DNA of 63,721 nt, filler included, from Octopus bimaculoides (Eukaryota): the NCBI RefSeq assembly GCF_001194135.2. It is 9 parts of 8 records of this genome, joined end to end, with 100 filler letters (N's around TTAATTAATTAA, not from the genome) between each part and the next. Parts side by side here need not be neighbours in the genome. Positions count along the whole stretch, not along the records: positions 52,843 to 60,965 come from NC_068990.1; positions 61,066 to 62,374 come from NC_068986.1; positions 62,475 to 63,721 come from NW_026428543.1; 6 more parts are not named here. One strand, given 5' to 3'. Every line of letters starts with the position of its first letter. Within the stretch, counting starts at the first letter, position 1. The position numbers were made by a program, and so were the translations under genes. The notes beneath the pieces are model-generated. The model was not told the DNA's origin. It searched no databases and saw only the letters and a program-made list of their open reading frames with translations. Positions 53,831 through 63,721 of the stretch are shown piece after piece.

Positions 53831-54400
53831 NNNNNNNNNNNNNNNNNNNNNNNNNNNNNNNNNNNNNNNNNNNNNNNNNNNNNNNNNNNNNNNNNNNNNN
53901 NNNNNNNNNNNNNNNNNNNNNNNNNNNNNNNNNNNNNNNNNNNNNNNNNNNNNNNNNNNNNNNNNNNNNNNNNNNNNNNNNNNNNNNNNNNNNNNNNNNN
54001 NNNNNNNNNNNNNNNNNNNNNNNNNNNNNNNNNNNNNNNNNNNNNNNNNNNNNNNNNNNNNNNNNNNNNNNNNNNNNNNNNNNNNNNNNNNNNNNNNNNN
54101 NNNNNNNNNNNNNNNNNNNNNNNNNNNNNNNNNNNNNNNNNNNNNNNNNNNNNNNNNNNNNNNNNNNNNNNNNNNNNNNNNNNNNNNNNNNNNNNNNNNN
54201 NNNNNNNNNNNNNNNNNNNNNNNNNNNNNNNNNNNNNNNNNNNNNNNNNNNNNNNNNNNNNNNNNNNNNNNNNNNNNNNNNNNNNNNNNNNNNNNNNNNN
54301 NNNNNNNNNNNNNNNNNNNNNNNNNNNNNNNNNNNNNNNNNNNNNNNNNNNNNGAACAATAATAATAATAATAATAATGATGATGATGATGATGATAATG

Positions 54401-54475
<75 letters not shown>

Positions 54476-54622
54476 TAACTGTTACGTCAACAACAAAAAA
54501 CATCTCCACCACCATCATCATTAATCTGGGTGTCGGAGAATCTGAATAACCTAACTACATCAATACATATGTCATATATACACAAGCACATGTATGTATA
54601 TGAATAATGTACATGCAAATAT

Positions 54623-55010
54623 GGCTGTGTGGTGAGTAGCTTGCTTACCAACCACATGGTTCCGGGTTCATTCCCACTGCGTGGTACCTTGGACGAGTGT
54701 CTTCTACTATAGCCTCGGGCCGACCAAAGCCTTGTGAGTGGATTTGGTAGACAGAAATTAAAAGAAGCCTGTCATATATATGTATATACGTATGTATGTG
54801 TATATGTTTGTGTGTCTGTGTTTGTCTTCCCCAAGCATCGCTTGACAACCGATGGTGGTGTGCATACGTCCCCGTAACTTAGCTGTTCGGCGAAAGACAC
54901 CGATAGAATAAGTACTAGGCTTTCAAAGAATAAGTCCTGGGGTCAACTTCTTTGACTAAAGGCGGTACTCCAGTATGGCCGCAGTCAAATGACTGAAACA
55001 AGTAAAAGAG
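54623..55010 (+). mobile_element. Full-length family-A SINE
   Basis: Colinear with 15975-16385. Confidence 0.9.
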
Positions 55011-55816
55011 TACATCTAAATATACATACATGCATGCACATACATACATGCATACATACACTCATGCATTCGTATATAAATGCATACGCGCGTACATACA
55101 TACATATACACATACGTGCACATACGCATACATATGTACATAAATACATACATATATAAGCATACATACGCACATACATACATACGTACATACATACATA
55201 CATACATACATACGTACATACATACATATAAACAAACATATACGTACATACATACATACATAGAAACATATATACATACATGCATGCATACATACATACA
55301 TACATACATAAATACGTACATACATACATACAAACATATACGTACATGTAGATACATACATACATACATACATACAACCATTCATTCATACATACATACA
55401 TACATACATACATACAAACATACATACACACATGCATACATACACACATCTCGCACACAAGACGACGAGTTAATGGAATAAGAGCCAGGACGTAAGACGA
55501 CTAGCGGTAGGTGGTGAAATATTATGAGGCTTTTAAAGAATTCATTGTAAGCAGTGGGTGTTCCTCATACGACAATTATCATCGCTTGTAGCAACTCTTG
55601 TTCGACTGGAGAGCTATTATAGTAGATATGCTAAAGTGAATTAGTTCATTGAAAAAGCCAGCCTCTCTCTCTCTCTCTCTCCTCTGTCCCTTAGCTGTTA
55701 TTTTTGCTACTACTACTGCTGCTGCAGCTTTTGTTTAGCCCCGGGTCGGTCTGATTATCATCAACAGACAAGTTTACCTCGCCTTAAGAGCGTAGAATAG
55801 GATTTTTAAGGAATTT

Positions 55817-55861
<45 letters not shown>

Positions 55862-55963
55862 TGTCGGTTGATTGATCGTTTGCTTGTCTCTGTCATTGGT
55901 CTGCGGCCATGCTGGTGCACCGCCTTGAAGGGGTTTAATTGAACAAATCAACACCAGCAAATT

Positions 55964-55994
<31 letters not shown>

Positions 55995-56475
55995 ACCCCA
56001 GGCCAGTCTTGGTCATGCAGACGCACTACTAAGAATACACACAGACATCTCATATTAAGTAGGTAGGATAGGATTCTTAAGGAATGCACTAGAAAAAAGT
56101 TTCAGTTGGCTGATATTTTCCATGTTCTAGTCATTGCACTGTGGCCATGCTGGAGTACCATTTTGACGGATATAGTCGAACAAATTAACTCCAGTATTGA
56201 CGTTTATTTTTTTAAAATTTGGTGCGTATTTTATCGGATCGATATGTCGAACTGCTATATTACTGGAATATCAACTGGAGTGATATAGGTAGAATGAGGT
56301 ATGTTACCTCTGGACTGAAACAGCTGTAAGATATTATTCCAATTTCCAAAGACATAATATATCATATAGGTATGTATATTGTTATAATTGCCTTTTAGTA
56401 AATAAATAAATTGGCATAATATAAAGTCTATAAGTTGATGAATACCACCTATTAATCCCCTCCATTTTCTTATTG

Positions 56476-56517
<42 letters not shown>

Positions 56518-57025
56518 GATGGGCTTCTTTCAGTTTCCGTCTTCCAAATCGACCCGCAAGCCTTTGGTAGGCCCGAGGCTATCGAAGAAGGCACTTACCC
56601 AAGGTGCCACGCACTGGTCGTATCGGACCCGGAACCATGTCGTTGGGAAGCAAGTTTCTTACCATAGCCAAATTTTGGCACACTTTTATTTTTTATTTTT
56701 TTTTTTTAGAGGACCCCGATTTCTGACTGGTACTTATTTAATCGATCCCGAAAGGTAAACTCATCCGCGATGGAATTTGAACTCAGAACGTAACGGCAGA
56801 CGAAATACCGCTAAGCATTTTGTCCGGCTTGCTAATGATTCTACCAGCTCGCCGCCTTAGGATAGTATAAAATAAGGTTTAGCAAGGAAACGACGAGAAA
56901 AAAGAAAAAGATAACGAACATTTGAAATTGAAACGAGTGGGGGTAAGTATGTTCGTGCAGTTGTGTGAGAAAAAGGGAAGGTAATTCATTAGGGGGATAA
57001 TGGAGATATGATGAGTTTAAAAATG

Positions 57026-57067
<42 letters not shown>

Positions 57068-57308
57068 GTAGGTAGGTAGGTAGGTAGGTAGGTAGATAGA
57101 CGGACGGACAGACGGACGGACGGACGGACGGAGAGACAGACAGACAGACAGACAGACTGACAGACAGATAGATAAATAAATAGAGAGAGAGATGGGTAAA
57201 TAGACAGACAGACACACACACAGAGATAGGTAGATAGATAGACAGACAGTTAGATAGATAGAGAGAGAGAGAGAGCGAGAGAGAGACATGCATGCACACA
57301 CATACATA

Positions 57309-57409
<101 letters not shown>

Positions 57410-57894
57410 AACGCACACACAGACTGATAACACAGCAGGTATGAGGAATGATAGAGAATAAGATGACACAATAGCCTAATAGCTATTAGCAGAATAGAAA
57501 TAAAGCGAGGGGAGTACGTTTAGGAATGAGTTGGAGTGAGAAGGAATAGAAGAATAAGAGTTGGATGGTTTTGGGTCGTGGCTTTTGTTGTTGTTGTTGT
57601 TGTTTGGCTCCAGGTTTTCCCTAACTGAACAGTTCTATTATTAAAGTCATTCAAATGTCTAGTAATATTTTTCTTCCTTTTCAGTTGTTTTATTTATTTA
57701 TTGATATACTTTTGTTTTTGGATATCTGGGACTACAATGTCCAACGTTTTCTACTTCATAGCATGAAATTCCAAGGAAATCTAGCTGTTGTTTCTAGCAA
57801 ATTGACTGGTCCCGTAGATGCTTGATCGTAAGGTTTACATGAATAGGGTGATCTTGGGTTTGAAATATATACTAGAACGATATATACATCAATC

Positions 57895-58205
57895 TTTTCC
57901 TACTCTTGGTACAAGGCCCGAAATTTTAGGGGCGGCAGCCAGTCGATCAGATCGACACCAGTACGCAACTGGTACTTAATTTATCGACCCCAAAAAGATG
58001 AAAGGCAAAGTCAACCTCGCCAGAATTTGAAACTAGAACGTAAGAACAGACGAAATACCACTAAGCATTTCGCCCAGCGTGCTAACGTTTCTTTTCTATT
58101 CTAGTCACAAGGCCCGAAATTTTGGGGGAGGGGCCAGTCGATTAGATCGACCCCAGCACGCAACTGATACTTAATTTATCGACCCCGAAAGGATGAAAGG
58201 CATAG
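57895..58205 (-). mobile_element. Tandem family-B SINEs
   Basis: Two ACAAGGCCCGAAATTT..GGG...CCAGTCGAT.AGATCGAC.CCAG.ACGCAACTG.TACTTAATTTATCGACCCC units. Confidence 0.88.
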
Positions 58206-58653
58206 AACGGAAAACTTTAATAAGGGGTCTGCAGCTCGGCGGTTTTTCTTATGATTTAATTCCAAATTTGCCCTCACTTTTTCTTTTGTTTTCTTACTTG
58301 TCTCAGTAATTGGACTGCGGCCATGCTAGAGCACTGCGTTGAAGGGTTTCATCTAGTAGTCCTCAAACGGGTTCCATAAGAGTCTTGGTGGTCCATGTAA
58401 GTTTTAGGTTTTGAAAATTATGTACAATAAATTGGTTTTTGTCGTAGCCGAATGATCAAGGCGATGGACCAGAACTCCTGGAATAGAATAGTCCATCAAA
58501 TACAACCCAGTACTCATTTCCGTCTTTAGCCTCGTACTTATTTTGTTAATCCACTTCTTGCCGAAACGCTAGATAACGTGTACGTAAACACACCAACACC
58601 GGTTATCAAGGGGTAGTGAATGACAAACACAAATACGAAAATGTAAGCACATA

Positions 58654-59191
58654 GGTGGGGTAAGTAGCTTGCTTACCGACCACATGGTTCCCGATTCAGT
58701 GCCACAACGTGGCACCTTGGGCAACTGTCATCTGCTATAGTCTCGGGCCGACCAAAGCCTTGTGAGTGGATTTGGTAGACGGAAACTGAAAGAAGACCGT
58801 CGTATATCGTGTGTGTGTTTGTGTTTGTATGTTTGTGTCTGTGTCTGTCCCCCAACCATCGTTTGACAACCGATGCTGGTGTGTTTACGTCCACGTACAA
58901 CAGCAGTTCGGCAAAAGACACTGTTAGAATAAGTACTAGGCTTACAAAGAATAAGTTCTGGGGTCGATTTGTTCTACTAAATGTGGTGCTCCAGCATGGC
59001 TGCAGTCAAGTGGCTGAAACAAATAAAGGAGAATATACGACAGGTTTCTTTCGGTTCCTGTCAATTAAATCCACTCACGAGGCTGTGGTCACTAGAGAGT
59101 ATATAACATGACACTTGTCCAAGGTGCCGCGAAGTGAGATTGAGCTTGGTATTATGTGATTGGGAAGCGAACTACTAACCTCCTCACAGCC
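58654..59191. mobile_element. Family-A SINE (+, 58654-59030) abutting an inverted family-A head (-, 59034-59191)
   Basis: The head 58654-58805 and 59034-59191 are diverged reverse complements. Confidence 0.8.
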
Positions 59192-59203
59192 ACGCTGGGG
59201 TAA

Positions 59204-59303
59204 TTTTTCGTTTGCTTATTATGATCTTAAAATTTAGTTTTTCGTTTGCTTATTATGATCTTAAAATTTAGTTTTTCGTTTGCTTATTATGATCTTAAAA
59301 TTT
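59204..59303. repeat. 34-bp tandem repeat, ~3 perfect copies
   Basis: Unit TTTTTCGTTTGCTTATTATGATCTTAAAATTTAG. Confidence 0.95.
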
Positions 59304-60841
59304 TGTGTCTTAAGGATTCTTGTATAGCCCCATTTCATTCTTTTACGAAGTCATCGGCATGACGTAACTCGCTTCATTTTAAGACCAGGATGCGCTAACG
59401 TATTTAACCCTGACACAGTATGCTAATTATGTTGACATTTAACGAAACTCCAGATCCGATTCAGGAGATCTAAGAATAGCAGATTTCATCTATGACGCCT
59501 TGTATATTCTGTTTTAAACAGTGCACATTAAGGGCCACATTATGCCATACCACTTTTTCTTTTTAAGGCGTGAGCGTGTGAAGCGAGGGTAATTTCACTG
59601 CTATGTCTAGCATGTTCAGAGGCCACATAGAGGCTCGCTTACTAGTCTATATTTATTTCTTTATTGCCCACAGGGGGCTAAACATAGAGGAGACAAACAA
59701 AAGGATTAATTGGATTACATCGATCCCAGTACGTAACTGGTACTTATTTAATCGACCCCGAAGGGATGAAAGACAAAATCGACCACAGCGGAATTTGAAC
59801 TCAGAACGTAACAGCAAACGAAATACCGCTAAGCATTTCGCCCGGCGTGCTAACGATTCTGCCATCATCTGAGATGAACCGAGATGGTTAATGTTTTTTT
59901 TAATATTTGTATCTATATTTAATTTTTTTTTTTCTGTTTGTGTTTTGGGTTTGTTTTTCTCAGTTTTATGTAGTTTATTAGGAAATATTTCACTGTTTGA
60001 TTCTTAACACGTATTCACATTGTTTTACATTGAGATCGGGAAGGCAAGAAAATCTCAACCGGAGAAGTCGAAGTGCATTGGGAAGAGGCAAACCGAAGTA
60101 TATATTTCCCAAAAACATTAATCATATGGAGAAACGTGAAGAATTTCTTTCAAAAATGTTGAACGTAAAAGGAATACATTGGTGACTGGGAGAGGTTTCT
60201 ACACATTAGTGTAGTCAATATATTGTATACTTGATATATTGCTAGGAGGAATTAAGAAATTAAAAAATACAGGGGACTTTAATTTTAAAGAAATAATAAG
60301 TGAACAAGCGGAATTGCATAGAAATAAATAGTTACATAGACATGGACAAATATATACGTAGGTGTGCGTATATTATAATCGTATGTGTATGAGTTTGTGT
60401 GTGTATGTTTGTATATATGCTTATATACATTTGTACACACATACTTACTTTCATTCACACACACGTACACACACACAAACATGCATACATATAAACACAC
60501 ACATATACACATATATATATACACGTATGTAACTATATGTATATGTATACATATGTATATGTATATACTTATGTAAGTGTGCATGTGTGTACAACTATAT
60601 CTATGTATGGATTGATGTATAGATGGATGGATAGAGGGAGGGAGAGAGGGATGGCTGTAAGCATGTATGTATGTGTGTATATCGACATATATTTTAACAC
60701 GCACGCACACACACACACACGCACGCGCACACACACACACATATATATATAAACATATGTAAGCGCATTTATCCACCTCACGCATTTATTCCTCCTCTCT
60801 CTCTCACTCATTCTATCTATTTATATATCTGTCTCTCTTTT

Positions 60842-60900
<59 letters not shown>

Positions 60901-61334
60901 AGATAGATAGATAGATATCTTTTTATTATAGCCACACAGGGCTAAATACAGAAAATGGACAAATTNNNNNNNNNNNNNNNNNNNNNNNNNNNNNNNNNNN
61001 NNNNNNNNNTTAATTAATTAANNNNNNNNNNNNNNNNNNNNNNNNNNNNNNNNNNNNNNNNNNNNCTCCATGGCAAGATTTAATTTGTGTATACAAATTT
61101 AATTTGCTGTCCATGGGAAGAGCTGTTTTAACGATGCGTCCTGCCTAGCTCTTCGAAACGCCGGTGTTAAAACGGAGGCAGCTGATGAAGTAGAATATTC
61201 TCTATGTGGCTTGTGTGTTTTCTCGTCTACGTTTTGTTTGCAATGTCCTGTACCCAGATATGCACCTATACATACAGGTGGATGTCGGTATGCACATACC
61301 TGTACGTATATATGCATATACTCATTTACTATTT

Positions 61335-61393
<59 letters not shown>

Positions 61394-62474
61394 TGTATTA
61401 TGAATAATAAGGTAATCAGAATGTTGGCTGATTATATATATTTTTATTTACATTTTTAGTGCTTTCTTCCGTTATCAAATTTATTAAAAGAGTCGTTTAT
61501 AATAAGTTTTCCTGGCCTTTTTTACATAAAATTGAAGGTCATGATGTTTTAGAAAGAGAGAGGGGGAGGGAGGGGGAAAGAGAGGAATACATTTGAAAGG
61601 AAGGTGCAGGAGTTACAGAGGAGGAGAGAGTGGGAGATAGTGAAGTTAGAGAAGAGAAAAGAAAGTAGGAGTGTTTTGGTGGTTTGCAGAGGAAGGNNNN
61701 NNNNNNTTTTTCTCTATTATGTGCGTATGTGCATCCGTAGATTTCTAATGAAGTTAGACGCAGAAAAGAGAAGCCGTCATAAAAAAACTTACGTTAAAAA
61801 TAACATGCACGCGATTTTTTTTTCTCAATAGAAGTAAATTCCAAAGTAAACGTTTCTAGTAGAGAAGTAGAAGAGAACAGAAGCAGCGTATTGCTTCATT
61901 ACAAATCTATGGATGCACATACGCACATAATAGAGAAAAATGAAACAATTATGGACGACTTGCTCCGAAACATCACCGAGAGGGAACACTTCTCAAAAAT
62001 AACCTGCAGTGGTTTCCTTCATTGTTATATATAGAGACATATGTTGGTCATTGTTATATATAGAAAACGTTTTAAAAAAAGTTTTTGATGTAAATAAATA
62101 TTTCTCCTCTTGGTTTTCAATTATATACTCTACGAAATATTTGCAGTTCTGAATAGGAACAAGGAACTACGACGGAAGCTTACAAGTACCAGTATCTCTT
62201 TAAGCTTGAGTACTATGTAACAATTACATAGTTATTACAGAGTATTATGCAATAATTACATTATAATCGGACTGTTGAAGATAGCCTGCATCTACTCTAT
62301 TTTATGAAATTATTCGGTATTCGCTAGGATAATTTATCCCTTTTATATATATACATATTTATATACATACATACNNNNNNNNNNNNNNNNNNNNNNNNNN
62401 NNNNNNNNNNNNNNNNNNTTAATTAATTAANNNNNNNNNNNNNNNNNNNNNNNNNNNNNNNNNNNNNNNNNNNN

Positions 62475-62820
62475 GGCTATTCTTATTCTAGCAGCTACAC
62501 TTTCAGCGCACCCACCCCCACTACTAACTTGGTCGCCCAGATAGCGGAAGCTATCGACTACCTCTAGTTTTTCACCCTGGAATGAGATAGAAGTTGTTTC
62601 CTGTTTGTTTACAGTGTTTATTGCACCTGAACATCTGCCACAAACAAAAACTAACTTGCTAGTTAACCTGCCTTTGATGTTGCTGCACCTCTTATGTGTC
62701 CATAGCTTGCACCGGGTACATCTTATAGAGTTACTACCTACTCCTTTTCTACATACTGAGCAGGGCCATCTACCTGAAAGGGTTTGTGTTTTATCTACCT
62801 TCCTACTTATTAGGATTTTA
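62475..62820 (-). mobile_element. RTE-clade LINE fragment, same family as 31355-32495
   Basis: WPCSVCRKGVGSNSIRCTRCKLWTHKRCSNIKGRL...CGRC...KLEVVDSFRYLGDQVSSGGGCAESVAARIRIA. Confidence 0.92.
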
Positions 62821-63721
62821 ATATATATATGTATGTATTTATATACATATGTATACACATGCAGATATATTGTAAGTCGGTATAACCCACTTGATTTGAT
62901 AAGCTAGATCAATAGTTATTATACTTATCACATAATAGAATACAATATAAGCCAAGCTGTTGGTGATTTGTACCAGAAAACTACAACTACAGATCAAAAA
63001 GCTTACTTCAAGTAAACATAGAGTTTCTCAGTACTGACTCAGTTTTCTAGTTTATTAAATAAAATTTACATGACATTGAGGGTGTCTGATGCCACATCCC
63101 AATTCTTCCAATTTATCAATGTAAAAACAAATTACTCCATCTGATGAAGGGCTATATTACTTGTAAGTGTTCACAGAAAAGGCAATAAAGCATATACCAG
63201 CAACATGACTTCGCTTCAGTAGTTATTATGCTACTGAGGTGATTGTTGTCAGAAACAAGATGACACATTTCATTTGATCAATGTTTGAGTATTGTTCAAC
63301 TATCTGTGGCCTGTTTTATGACTATCTTGACTTACATTCCAATATTGTTTGTGAACATTACATCTATGTCCTCACAACAAAATACGTACTTTAGGCTTAC
63401 ACCAGAGACATTTAACACATACACACACACACATATATATAAACCCCTTTTACCCGCACCCACTTATTTCACTTGGTATAACACTAGTGTAACAATAATT
63501 GGGTACCCTCTCAGCAGTATATTGGATAGAAACTATCCCTTAGTGGGTTGAATCTTCAACCCCTAACTCCCTTGCATTATATATATATATATACACACAC
63601 ATACATACATATATATATACATATATTATGCCCTATATACACATATACATACATATACATACATATATATAATATATACATATATATACATACACACACA
63701 CACACACATATATATATATAT

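Noticed and set aside
59204-59303. CRISPR-like array
   Set aside because: Units are contiguous without unique spacers; eukaryotic context and no cas genes.

Overview
AT-rich, microsatellite- and transposon-dominated animal genomic DNA with many N gaps. The tRNA-derived SINE families, RTE/Dong/CR1 LINEs and (TAA)n/(CA)n load resemble an octopus (coleoid cephalopod) draft assembly; the taxon is inferred, not proven. Most ORFs in the supplied track are microsatellite or gap artefacts. Host content I can support is a head-to-head gene pair around a ~0.4-kb CpG-richer spacer at ~29 kb. On + is the first coding exon of an ERLEC1/XTP3-B-like ER lectin (signal peptide + DNELFLINWAGP, strong GT donor). 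On - is a small, unrecognised signal-peptide protein whose phase-compatible exons can be assembled by eye (28838-28948, possibly 27914-27970, 8024-8089, 7852-7927, 6730-6776). The rest is decayed mobile DNA: at least eight Dong/R4 LINE pieces tied to trinucleotide microsatellites, RTE and CR1 LINE pieces, two Penelope-like (GIY-YIG) pieces, Merlin, maT/DD37D-like and mariner transposase relics, and many SINEs. The most notable structures are minimal hammerhead-ribozyme motifs (one in a tRNA-headed SINE-like unit), a Penelope fragment enclosed by inverted pLTR-like arms, a 150-bp-arm foldback whose loop is a copy of nearby DNA, and a mariner-derived foldback. I see no CRISPR array, rRNA or bona fide tRNA gene, and no evidence for a wholly new multi-gene system. 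All similarity calls are by eye and unverified by search.
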